Counted from the first letter of the stretch, positions 7,887 to 17,078 are shown. The stretch: DNA of 19,453 nucleotides from Candidatus Hydrogenedentota bacterium (GCA_034408725.1 JAWXCN010000265.1:1-19453); one strand, 5' to 3'. Program-made: numbers and translations. The notes: generated from the sequence alone by a model not told the origin.

Positions 7887-9288
7887 TGCGCCCCATCATC
7901 TTACTGTTCCTGCTGCCGCTTGCGTCGTTTGCCGACGACTCAGGGTTCATCGAAATATTCGACGGCAAAACCCTTAACAACTGGCGACCAGGCGACGCCT
8001 CATACTGGTCCGTCGAAGACGGCGCAATCACCGGACGCATTACCTCCGAGCATCCCTGCGCGACCAACCAATACCTCATCTGGGAAGGCGGGGAACTCGC
8101 CGACTTCGAGCTCAAGCTGGAGTCGCGACTAAACGGAGAAGGCGCGATCAATAATGGCTTCCAATTCCGCAGCCGCGAACTCCCCGACCACGACGTCTGC
8201 GGCTATCAGATGGACAACAACCTGCAAACCCCCTGGCTCGTCAGGCTCTACGATGAATACGGCCGGCACGACCTCGCCCTTCGCGGCGAACGCGCTTTGT
8301 TTGACGCCACCGGCGTCCGTACGCCGTCCCCGCTCCCCGAAGCCGCTGGCGAACCGTGGTTCAAACTCGAAGACTGGCACGAGTACCATCTCACCTGTAT
8401 AGGCGAGAAATTCACCCTGCGCGTCAATGGCAGGATAGCCTGCGAAATCGAAGACAAGGACCCGCGCCGCGCCGAATCCCAAGGCATCCTCGCCCTCCAG
8501 CTCCACAGTGGCCCACCGACTGAAGTCCAGTTCCGTAATATCCAGCTGAAAGTGCTCAAACTACCAACCACGGAAAGCGTCGCCCCGACCCCGGCGGAGC
8601 GCCAGCGCAACGTCCTCTTGAAGTCTGCTCATGCTCATTGGGAACTCGATTCCGCGGGCCGGGGCGTCTCCCAAAAATTGATTAGTGTTCCGCAATTTTA
8701 TCAATTAGAACTCAATGTAAAGTCGACCGGTTCGGACGCACGACCCGGCGCGAAATGCGTTGTTTTGAATGGCGCATACTTCGAAGCGGGAGAGGTGTTC
8801 CCGCCCGATTCGAGGCGTTCACGCTCTACATTCGCGCAACTGACCCGGAAAACCTCGGAGCAACTCCGCAGATTTTTATTTCCAAAGAGGACGGTCTTGT
8901 TCCAAATATGTTTAATATTGCATATCTGGACTCCGCGCCATTCGGCGAATCTCAGAGCAGTTTGAGGTCGCTGGTTTTCACGTTCAGAACGACGGTGGGG
9001 CACCTAGTTCAATACTCATTCCCGTTGGATTCCAATGAGGTTGGCCGATGGCGCGATATTGTCGTTCGGCATGATGGGAAAGCACTTGACGTATTTGTCG
9101 ATAGTAAACTGCGTTTATCCAAACCGTCCCCGGCGCCCATAGCCATACCCGACGCCCCACTCCGGATCGGCGCAACCGTTCGCGAAGGGAAACCCATCCA
9201 GCAGTTCCACGGGGACATGGAAACCGTCGCCTTGTGGACCGAAGCGATCCCCGATGACCAAATAGCCAAACTTACGATCGCTAGATGA
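7886..9288 (+). pseudogene. Secreted DUF1080 (3-keto-disaccharide hydrolase-like) + LamG-like protein split by a frameshift near 8810
   Basis: Signal peptide, then IFDGKTLNNW, WSVEDGAITG, DFELKLE, NNGFQFR, GILALQLH, VQFRNI (DUF1080). LamG-like motifs WELD/GAYFE lie in the first frame and FTLYIR...WRDIVVRHDG...VFVD...LRIGA...FHGDMETVALW in the -1 frame (8755..9288). Could be an assembly indel. Confidence 0.75.
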
Positions 9289-9306
9289 CAATGGAGTAGA
9301 ACGCAC

Positions 9307-9807
9307 TTGAGCAAGTCAAAACCCGATCCCATTCAACCAACCGTCCCGGAAGCATCTCTGTGGCGCACGCCAATTACCTGGACAGGTGAAAACGCTAGAC
9401 CGTCTGACATCTCCCATTGCATACCAGGTAACGCTGTTTTCACCCGCGCGCGCATACAGGAATACAATACCGGCAAAATGCACCCGGCGTTGCTCTATCT
9501 GCACAAAGGAAAAGTGTTCGAAGTACACTTCAACGGTTTGGACAGTCGCCCGTGGACTTACCGGCGCGTGCAACGAGGACGTAAAACGTTCTACGACCTA
9601 TTCGTCGGCAACACCTTTCCCGCCGCCATCGATCCAATTCCTGTGGAACTGCGGAACCGCTATGCGAACGAACTCGAATACGTCATCGTTCAGTCCGTGC
9701 TGCCCCTCGAATCAACCGACACACATATCCTCTTTATGATCCGCGACGATGGTGAGCTGGATGAACTTCTGAAAGCAGCGGAAAAAGACGACGAAGAGAA
9801 CGACTGA
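9307..9807 (+). CDS. Hypothetical protein
   Basis: 166-aa ORF filling the gap, GGAG upstream of the TTG, globular composition with an acidic tail; no family recognised. Confidence 0.6.
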   Translation: MSKSKPDPIQPTVPEASLWRTPITWTGENARPSDISHCIPGNAVFTRARIQEYNTGKMHPALLYLHKGKVFEVHFNGLDSRPWTYRRVQRGRKTFYDLFVGNTFPAAIDPIPVELRNRYANELEYVIVQSVLPLESTDTHILFMIRDDGELDELLKAAEKDDEEND

Positions 9808-9812
9808 AGGGA

Positions 9813-10274
9813 CTAACGATTCGCGACGTTGGCGCTAGGCATCCAAACAAAAACTTCCGCCTTGACCCGCCCCCATTCCAATGCATCCTGGTGGCTTTTG
9901 AAAAACAGATCGATTCGCTCGCCCTTAATCGCCCCGCCGCGGTCCTGCACGGTTCCGTACCCATACCCCGGCACATACATCACAGTTCCAAACGGATACT
10001 TCGAGGTGTCCGCGGCGATGGTCCCCGGTTTGGCCTTTTCCCCGCTTGCCGTGACCCCTACCTTCTTTCGGTGTCCAGCCTGAGTCACGGGCCGGCCCAG
10101 CCACGTCCGGTGCCAACCACAGCATTTCTTACAAGGACAATACGCGGTGATTTCCATCGGCTTCATCATATCCGCGGGCGGCATCTGATTCCCGGTTGAC
10201 GCGCATCCCGCCGAGACGAGCGCGCCCATCATCAACCCGACAAAAAGGGCGAGCTTCCGTGGAATTCCGGACAT
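9813..10274 (-). CDS. 3D-domain (MltA-like double-psi barrel) lipoprotein, putative peptidoglycan lytic enzyme
   Basis: Lipobox-like LVSAGC; ITAYCPCKKCCG, TASG, IAAD, PFGT, DRGGAIKGERIDLFF, ALEWG. ATG 10274 with GGGGA upstream. Confidence 0.9.
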   Translation of the reverse strand: MSGIPRKLALFVGLMMGALVSAGCASTGNQMPPADMMKPMEITAYCPCKKCCGWHRTWLGRPVTQAGHRKKVGVTASGEKAKPGTIAADTSKYPFGTVMYVPGYGYGTVQDRGGAIKGERIDLFFKSHQDALEWGRVKAEVFVWMPSANVANR

Positions 10275-10374
10275 ATGGCATATCCCCAACTATTGACAAT
10301 AATGTCATAAGTCCTAGAAAAGTTCCAGTAAGTCGCTTTTTGTCAATGAATTCCTTGTACGCTGCTGTTTTTAC

Positions 10375-13300
10375 TCAGTGTAGCGACTCCCCGTCACCTT
10401 CCTTCACAATTTGGACAATTTCTTCCGCCTCTTCCATAGTCAGCTTTCCAGTGATACTTCCCATGGAACTGATGGAGGACGAAATTATGGGCGCAGAAAG
10501 AACTCTGCCTTTATATATAATGGCAATACCCCTACCTTGATTGGCTTCAGACAGTTCCTTCATCTTTTTCCCAGATTCAGATTTCAATTTAAATACTACG
10601 GAAAGGTTTCCGGTCTGTGAATCAGGCCTTGCCACAGCAGTTTCGATATCTGCTTCTGTAATCCAGATTTCGTTCTCGACTGCCAACGTCCTATCAGGCT
10701 CTTCCTCTGTAGGCGCGGGCAGTCGCAATTTTCCCTCTGCCGTTTCACCTTTAACAACCAGTCGAAATTGCAGTAGCGGAGCGTGCGTTTCAAGGCTTGC
10801 GGTTGGGGTTAATACCGCTTCGTCCATTGCATCCGCCGCGTCACGCTCCCCGGCATCTCCTTTGCTCCCCAATTCCGACAGTGCCCGCTCTGATTCTATC
10901 CGCGTCCCCGGATTTCCCCGCAGCTTATTCAGAAACCCCGTAGCACGTGGATCCTCTCGTTTGGCCAGGGCTAGCGCGGCACGCAGCTGATGTTTTTCTT
11001 CAGGAATTCGGTTGTCTCTTAGCAACTCAAATAAAGCGTCGTGCGCAGCCGGATGCTCGCTGTAAATAAGCGCGTAGACAATGGCAATCATGATTTCTTC
11101 GGCCATGCCGCTGGTGTTTGTTGGATAAAGTGCATATAACGCGTGAATCGATTCGGGGGAACTGATCGCAGCCAATGCGTTCGCCGCTGCTCGCCTGGCG
11201 TTCTCGTCGAATTTCACCGTATCTATCAAAACTTCGATGGCGGTTGGATCTTTAATTCTTCCCAAGGCCGCCGCCGATGCCTGCCGCACGTCGCCGTTAC
11301 GGTCGGTGCGCAAAGTCGTGACGAGCGCGGGCACTGCATCCATTGCGCCCAATTCGCCCAAGGCCTGCGCGGCAGCCGCGCGCGCGGAGCTATTGTCGCG
11401 TCCGCGCTCGTTTTCAACGTCTTTCTCAGCCAATATCGTTAGCAGAGGCGGCACAGCAGCCTTGTCGCCAAGTTTTCCTAACGACTCGATAGCCGCAGTC
11501 AGTACCTTTGTAGTTTCTTCTTCAGCAATTCGCTCGATCAGCACATTCACGCTGCGTGGATCCCCCAGGTTTCCAAGTCCACGCACGGCGATTGTGCGCA
11601 AATCATCGTTTGGACTGCTCAACACAGCGCTTAACGGCTCAAACACGCGCGGGTCCTGAAGTTTGCCCAGGGATTCCAGCGCGGCATATTGGACGTTTGA
11701 ATTAGAATTGTTGACCAACTGCAACAACGCATCCACCGCGCGTGGATCCCCGGTATTTCCCAATGCATTAGCAATCGTAGCCTTGGCGTCATCGTTCGCA
11801 ATTTTCAACAATTCAATTAAGGGCTGTATAGTATCAGGTCCACCGATCCTCATAAGCGTTTCCGCAAGAAAGAGACTTTGGATAGAACCCTGTCGCTGCT
11901 CATCACTTAACGGCGCGGAAAAATCTCGATTGATCGCAGTGAGAATGGCGGGAATCGCCTTGTCGCCTCTTGTGACCAAACCGTCAATATCTTCTCTCGC
12001 AATCATCAATGCAATCGCATCTGCTTCATTCGTAAGTTGCACCGAATTCTCGCTCACGAGAAACTCGCCGCAAATTCCGGCGATTTGCAGGTTTGCGTCG
12101 TGCAATCCTGCGATAAGCGCGTTGCGCCGCAACTCTGTCAACGCAGCATCATCGGCGAGTACCTGGAAGGCCTTACCCAACCCGTATGCAGCCCATGCGC
12201 GCACTTCTTTTTGCTCGTCTTTCATCGCGTCAACCTGTGCCCGCACTACTTCCTCACGACTGAGAAAAGTTTTGAGCTCCGGCGAGACTGACTGGTTATT
12301 TCTATCAATCAGTTGAGCGGCCAATACTTTCATTAGTCCCGCGCGCACCCGCCAATCCGTATGCGCCTTAGCGAGATCGATCAACTCTGTTCCCGTCGCT
12401 GGCTCAAGTTCGGACATTGCTGCCGCCAAGTCCATACTGAGCGCGTCTGTGTTCATGTGCGAAACTGCGTTTCCAGGGCGTCGAGCCGTGGTTGCCCGAA
12501 CTTGCCCCGATCTGATCTCTGATTGCTTGGGGATTTCGCCCAATAGGTTGATCAGAAGTCCGATAGTCTCCGGACTCTTCAGCTCCCGCAAAGCTTTGAT
12601 CGCACCTCGTTGCACGCTGAGATCCTCGTCCTCCGCGGCCATGCGCACGAGCGGCATCACCTGTTCCGGAGCGAACTGCGCCAGCGCCTCCGCTGCGGCG
12701 TCCGACGTTTCCCGGCTCTCCTTCAATGCAGCGACGAGATGCGGAATGGATTCTGGCGCCTTTAATTTGCCCAATGCATTCGCCGCGGCCACTTGCACGC
12801 GCTCGTCCTCGTCTTTGAGCAAGCGAATCAGTGATAGGTAAACGTCCTTTGGACCGGAGTCCGCGAGTTGCTGGATGGCAACTTTCCGTAACCACCAGTC
12901 TTTGTCCCGCAATTGACGATAGAGCGTATCAGTGTCGCTATCCATTGCCTCGCCGGATTCGGTTCTGTCGGCCGGTGCTGGCATCGATGTAATCGAGATA
13001 GAAATAGGATCATCTGCGAGATGTTTACCATCACCGAGCGTTGCATTCTTCCCATACCGCTCATGCACCAGTTCCGTCGCGCGAACTTTAATTCTTTCCG
13101 ACTCCTCAACGAAATTGTTTATCGGCGTGTCAGATGCCACCGATATCTCGATTAGAACGCGCCGTTCATCGCCCTCACCGTCAGCTATCGACATCCCGGA
13201 TATCTGAATCCCTTTTAAATCGGAAACTGAATTCACTATCTCGTGCAGCAACAGGTTCGTGTCGATATTTGCGCCCGGCTCGTCGTTTGCAGTCTCCTCG

Positions 13301-14532
13301 GATGAATCCTCTGAACGAGGCTCAGTATTCGTATCTTCGCCGGTTTCCTGATCGATGCTCGGTAAATCTGTCTCCTGATTCGACGCAAAGAGTTGCGTTC
13401 CACCGAGCACGCAAAGCACCACCGCGACAGCGGCAATCCAGCCCCCGTGCCGAATTCGCACTGCCGGCGCGGGTTCGCCGAGGATGCGGGCGATGCGCGC
13501 GCGAAGATGGGACACTTTACCAGTTGCGCTGAGCGTCGCCGGCGATACGAGCAATGCTTTCCGCGCGCTGGATGCAAAGGTCGCCGCGGCAAGCAGTGAT
13601 TCAGCATATTGCTGCGCGTTACCACGCAGACCGACGACCAAGTCGTCGCAGCATTGTTCGCGTTCGATACGGATTTGGCGGGAAATCAGCCACACTACCG
13701 GGTGATAAAACATCAGCGCTTCGATCACCCGCTGGACAAGGTTGACGATATGATCGTACCGCCGGATATGCGCGAGTTCGTGCAACACGAGATACTCGAC
13801 TTGTTCCGGCGTAATGCCCATCGCGCAGGAAAGCGGCAACAGGATCATTGGCCGCACCACCCCCACTACCGTCGGCACAGCGACCTTACTGCAATACGCA
13901 ATGGCCGGCGAAAACCGCAGACCCAATGCCGCGGCGTTCTTCGCGGCAGCGCCGAGCATCGCGCCGTCGGTAACCAACTCTGAACGGCGTCGTAACCACG
14001 TGCCGCCAGTAATGCCAAGAAACAGGCGGGTCAACAGCGCAATCGAGATCGCGCCATACAACGCGACCGCTATCTTCGCGACATCGTGTTGTTCAATTAC
14101 AGTTACGGTATCCGCTTCCGGCGACGCGGCTATGGACACGCCGACGTTCGCGACTGGCTTGTCTGTAGCTACGCTATCAGATGGCTCCATTTGCGCAATG
14201 CCTTGTGTGGTTTCAGCAATAGTATCCGCTGCACTATCAATGGCCGAGTCATTAACAGCGACTTCGATCGGTTGATTAGCCATGACCTGTGGGGAAATTG
14301 TATTCGGCGCGAGAGTCATAAAGATCAGCGCGGGCGACACTGCAATACTGAACAGCGCGAGCACCAGCATGTCGTATCGCGCGGCATGAAACCGGTTCCG
14401 CCTCAACAGGAAAAACAACATCAATGTAACCACACCAATCGCCGCGCCCACCCACAGCGAATGCGCCAGGGACAACGCAATACGCGTCCATACCATATCC
14501 ATGTCCGCCGCAAATATTGAAAATCCGTTCAT
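10375..14532 (-). CDS. BlaR1/M56 family membrane peptidase sensor with HEAT-like repeats and a C-terminal SecD P1-head-like domain
   Basis: HSLW TM segment, PTVVGVVRPMILLP, HELAHIRRYD (13768-13782), FYHPVVW, EQCCDD, LRARIARIL, then a TM. Many AAxALGxLGDPRAVxxL repeats follow, and the C-terminus reads LQFRLV...IAIIYKGRVLSAPII...GSITGKLTMEEAEEI. Confidence 0.9.
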   Translation of the reverse strand: MNGFSIFAADMDMVWTRIALSLAHSLWVGAAIGVVTLMLFFLLRRNRFHAARYDMLVLALFSIAVSPALIFMTLAPNTISPQVMANQPIEVAVNDSAIDSAADTIAETTQGIAQMEPSDSVATDKPVANVGVSIAASPEADTVTVIEQHDVAKIAVALYGAISIALLTRLFLGITGGTWLRRRSELVTDGAMLGAAAKNAAALGLRFSPAIAYCSKVAVPTVVGVVRPMILLPLSCAMGITPEQVEYLVLHELAHIRRYDHIVNLVQRVIEALMFYHPVVWLISRQIRIEREQCCDDLVVGLRGNAQQYAESLLAAATFASSARKALLVSPATLSATGKVSHLRARIARILGEPAPAVRIRHGGWIAAVAVVLCVLGGTQLFASNQETDLPSIDQETGEDTNTEPRSEDSSEETANDEPGANIDTNLLLHEIVNSVSDLKGIQISGMSIADGEGDERRVLIEISVASDTPINNFVEESERIKVRATELVHERYGKNATLGDGKHLADDPISISITSMPAPADRTESGEAMDSDTDTLYRQLRDKDWWLRKVAIQQLADSGPKDVYLSLIRLLKDEDERVQVAAANALGKLKAPESIPHLVAALKESRETSDAAAEALAQFAPEQVMPLVRMAAEDEDLSVQRGAIKALRELKSPETIGLLINLLGEIPKQSEIRSGQVRATTARRPGNAVSHMNTDALSMDLAAAMSELEPATGTELIDLAKAHTDWRVRAGLMKVLAAQLIDRNNQSVSPELKTFLSREEVVRAQVDAMKDEQKEVRAWAAYGLGKAFQVLADDAALTELRRNALIAGLHDANLQIAGICGEFLVSENSVQLTNEADAIALMIAREDIDGLVTRGDKAIPAILTAINRDFSAPLSDEQRQGSIQSLFLAETLMRIGGPDTIQPLIELLKIANDDAKATIANALGNTGDPRAVDALLQLVNNSNSNVQYAALESLGKLQDPRVFEPLSAVLSSPNDDLRTIAVRGLGNLGDPRSVNVLIERIAEEETTKVLTAAIESLGKLGDKAAVPPLLTILAEKDVENERGRDNSSARAAAAQALGELGAMDAVPALVTTLRTDRNGDVRQASAAALGRIKDPTAIEVLIDTVKFDENARRAAANALAAISSPESIHALYALYPTNTSGMAEEIMIAIVYALIYSEHPAAHDALFELLRDNRIPEEKHQLRAALALAKREDPRATGFLNKLRGNPGTRIESERALSELGSKGDAGERDAADAMDEAVLTPTASLETHAPLLQFRLVVKGETAEGKLRLPAPTEEEPDRTLAVENEIWITEADIETAVARPDSQTGNLSVVFKLKSESGKKMKELSEANQGRGIAIIYKGRVLSAPIISSSISSMGSITGKLTMEEAEEIVQIVKEGDGESLH

Positions 14533-14918
14533 GACTGTTTTCCTCCCTTGCGGCGCACGAGTTTCTTTACTTCTTTGAGTTCGTTGTCGTTCAATTCATT
14601 ACTATCCAGCAAATGCACCACTGCCGAACTAACGGAACCATCGAACAGACGGTTGACGGTGTCGCGCATCATGCGGCGCAGCGTGAATTCGCGCGTAATA
14701 ACCGGTTGGTAGACAAACCCATTGCCTTGCTTCACGCGCTTGAGATACCCCTTGTCCACCATGATGTTCATCACGGTCATCACTGACGTGTAGGCGAGGT
14801 CACGTCCTTCCGCCAATGCCTCCCGCACATGGCGCACCGGCACGCCCGGGGTTTCCCATACGACTTTGAGAATTTCGAGTTCGAGCTCCGTGGGATGCTT
14901 CGATGCAGGGCGGGTCAT
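14529..14918 (-). CDS. BlaI/MecI/CopY family transcriptional repressor
   Basis: PTELELEILKVVW, LAYTSVMTVMNIMVDKGYLKR, FDGS; GGGAG upstream of ATG 14918; ATGA coupling to the M56 gene. Confidence 0.93.
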   Translation of the reverse strand: MTRPASKHPTELELEILKVVWETPGVPVRHVREALAEGRDLAYTSVMTVMNIMVDKGYLKRVKQGNGFVYQPVITREFTLRRMMRDTVNRLFDGSVSSAVVHLLDSNELNDNELKEVKKLVRRKGGKQS

Positions 14919-14946
14919 GTACGTTACTCCCATGAGTGCGAGCTAT

Positions 14947-14964
14947 CTACTAATTCGTTAGTAG
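14947..14964. promoter_or_regulatory. Palindromic operator, probable BlaI-family autoregulatory site
   Basis: Perfect inverted repeat CTACTAA-ttcg-TTAGTAG overlapping the -10 and the predicted transcription start; TAC...GTA core as in BlaI/CopY operators. Confidence 0.75.
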
Positions 14965-14991
14965 CATAATCCGGCAAAACGTTTCTGTCAA
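14963..14991 (-). promoter_or_regulatory. Sigma70-type promoter of the blaI-M56 operon
   Basis: TTGACA (14991-14986), 17 nt spacer, TATGCT (14968-14963). Confidence 0.8.
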
Positions 14992-15019
14992 GCAGCTTTT
15001 TGAACTGCGGCAGCGTGTT

Positions 15020-15064
15020 GTGGCCGGTCTCCTGACCGCGCCACCGCGCCGACCGCAGGTCTCC
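15020..15064. repeat. REP-like GC-rich palindromic element
   Basis: GTGGCCGGTC-TCCT-GACCGCGCCAC hairpin followed by GACC-GCA-GGTC-TCC; intergenic. Only one copy is in the window. Confidence 0.5.
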
Positions 15065-15080
15065 AAATTAATTTGTCAAT

Positions 15081-15494
15081 TCAGGGCAGCACACCGCCCC
15101 ACGCAAACGCACTTTCGAGACTGTTGCTGATTGGAAAGGTTCTCGCCCCCGCGCAGGCGCGAAACTCGGCGTGACCATCCAGAAACAACACATTTCCACC
15201 CGCCGGATCATGATGATTTAGTGTTGGGATGTCCCACATCGTTGCTACGTCTGGCAACCTAATCGCTTTGGTTGGCCCGGAAATATTGGTGATCAGAAAC
15301 CGCGCCACACCTTCTTTTAATCGATGGATTGTGTCGCTGGAGTTGTTTCCGGCGCCGGGCACGACGTCGATATCATTTTGAAATATTTGCGCCAAATCCG
15401 GAATTGAGTTTTCACCGGGGCCATCCGTTTCCGGGTGCGCTACCATTGAGACCAATTCATACAATTGCACCGGAATATTCGGCGCCCCATGTCC
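15081..15494 (-). pseudogene. C-terminal remnant of a prepilin-type DUF1559 / H-X9-DG domain protein
   Basis: TIHRLKEGVARFLITNI...MWD...NHHDPAGGNVLFLDGHAEF...FPI. No N-terminal GFTLxE pilin leader; plausible coding sequence ends at a REP-like element. Confidence 0.7.
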
Positions 15495-15496
15495 AC

Positions 15497-15520
15497 GGGA
15501 GGGCGGGTTTCCAACCCGCC
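15497..15520 (+). repeat. REP-like palindrome (GGAG type)
   Basis: GGAG-GGCGGGT-TTCCA-ACCCGCC: a tetranucleotide followed by a perfect 7-bp stem. Confidence 0.6.
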
Positions 15521-15578
15521 AATTCTGGATAAAAAACGATCCATATGGCCATTTCCCCAGCCAGTATATACTCTCCAA

Positions 15579-17042
15579 ATGAACTACCGATTCCGCACCT
15601 GCTCCGCACTCGTGCTCTTCAGTTTGCTGTCCATGCCAGCTCTCGCCGGCGATTCCCCGGCGCTGCGAATCGCTGATGGCCCATTCCTCCTGCACGCAAA
15701 CATCGATCAACAATGGGGCGGCCACACCTTCTCCTACCTGCTCGAAGGCGAAGGTTCACTCTTCTGGTCAGCCACAATGTACAACCCCGACGGCCAAACC
15801 TGGGGCAGCCTCATCGGCCAGTATCCAAAACCTGGCTCTGTCGCGCAGCAGTCGGTCACTTCGATCATCTTCAACGAACCCGGCGTCAAAAGCATGACAC
15901 AACCGCTCATGCTCCGCTCAAACGATGGCTACATCCACATATTCATCGGCATGAGCCACGCCACCGACGACCCCAATTACTCCCCCGGCACGATTCGCTA
16001 CTTCCGTAGCGCCGAGCCGGAGGCTATCTCACAACTCGTTGATCGCACCGAACTCATCCCGCGCGTCGCGCCCTACAACGAATTCCACCTGCGCATGAAT
16101 GCCAGTATCTCGCGCGACGGCGAGCGTGCTGCCATCGTCATTCTCGCCATCAGCAAAGATGGCAGCGTCCCGTTCAACACGCCCGTCATCTTCCAGGCAG
16201 ACAAACAAGGCCCCGACTTCGTCTTCCGCAACCCCGTCAACTACGCCGAACCTATGGGCTTCTTCTATCCCCAAATCGCCCTCACCGATTCCGGTACCGT
16301 CATCGTTGGACAACTTTGGGACGACCCAGACCGCTCCATCACGCGGCTGCTCCAGTTGGACGGCGCCGGAAAGATCACTTACCGAGAAGACCTGCCCGCA
16401 ACTACCGACGGCAACTACTGGTGTTGCGATCTAAGGCCCATCGCACACGACAACTGGAACACGCTCGTCCTCTATTACAACAAATACCCCAAGGACAAAC
16501 AGGACTGCCGCCACGAATTCTGGACTTATACCCCCGCCACCAACACGCTCACCATGCGCCGCTCCATCTCCGTCCCCGAAGGCCAAATCAACTACGGAAA
16601 ATGGATTCCCGTTTCCGCCCAACGCTCCTTCTTCATCCACAACCCCTCAATGGGAACCTACGAAGCATACGACGGAAACCTCCTCGACAGCGGTGAGCCC
16701 ACGCAACCGCCAAGCAATTCAGACCAACACACCCTGTTGACACCATCCACGCCGCCAGCAACTTCCCTTACGTCATTTGGGTCCTTTAAGTCCCCTTTCT
16801 CCTTAATCTCTAACCAGTCAATCGACTCGTTTTCTCCCATCCTCACGATCCCCCTCCCCGCCACGAATCCCACAACCTACGGCTATGCCGGCACCGCCTA
16901 CACGTTCGTCCCCAATCCGCTCCAAGGCAGCCTCATCACACAAGGCGCCTCATGGTTCGCCACCGACTGCATCCCCCAAAAGAACGACCCCAACGAACGC
17001 ACCCGCGCCGCACTTCTCCTCTATCGTCTCAACTTCCCGTAA
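15579..17042 (+). CDS. Secreted protein, BNR-4-like beta-propeller candidate
   Basis: Signal peptide MNYRFRTCSALVLFSLLSMPALA; DGYIHIFIG...IRYFRSAEP and FYPQ resemble BNR_4 motifs; strong C-ending codon bias supports coding. Confidence 0.7.
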   Translation: MNYRFRTCSALVLFSLLSMPALAGDSPALRIADGPFLLHANIDQQWGGHTFSYLLEGEGSLFWSATMYNPDGQTWGSLIGQYPKPGSVAQQSVTSIIFNEPGVKSMTQPLMLRSNDGYIHIFIGMSHATDDPNYSPGTIRYFRSAEPEAISQLVDRTELIPRVAPYNEFHLRMNASISRDGERAAIVILAISKDGSVPFNTPVIFQADKQGPDFVFRNPVNYAEPMGFFYPQIALTDSGTVIVGQLWDDPDRSITRLLQLDGAGKITYREDLPATTDGNYWCCDLRPIAHDNWNTLVLYYNKYPKDKQDCRHEFWTYTPATNTLTMRRSISVPEGQINYGKWIPVSAQRSFFIHNPSMGTYEAYDGNLLDSGEPTQPPSNSDQHTLLTPSTPPATSLTSFGSFKSPFSLISNQSIDSFSPILTIPLPATNPTTYGYAGTAYTFVPNPLQGSLITQGASWFATDCIPQKNDPNERTRAALLLYRLNFP

Positions 17043-17078
17043 TTCGGACGCGCAACTGTGATGCGCAATTTTTGATTT

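Noticed and set aside
10870-12930. CRISPR array or DNA-level tandem repeat
   Set aside because: The repetition is protein-level HEAT repeats with diverged codons; no repeat-spacer pattern seen anywhere in the window.
10375-14918. Beta-lactam resistance locus
   Set aside because: No penicillin-binding sensor domain, beta-lactamase or PBP gene in the window.
15495-15725. N-terminal extension of the 214-aa minus-strand ORF
   Set aside because: Runs through a REP-like element and overlaps the signal peptide of the plus-strand gene; no pilin leader.
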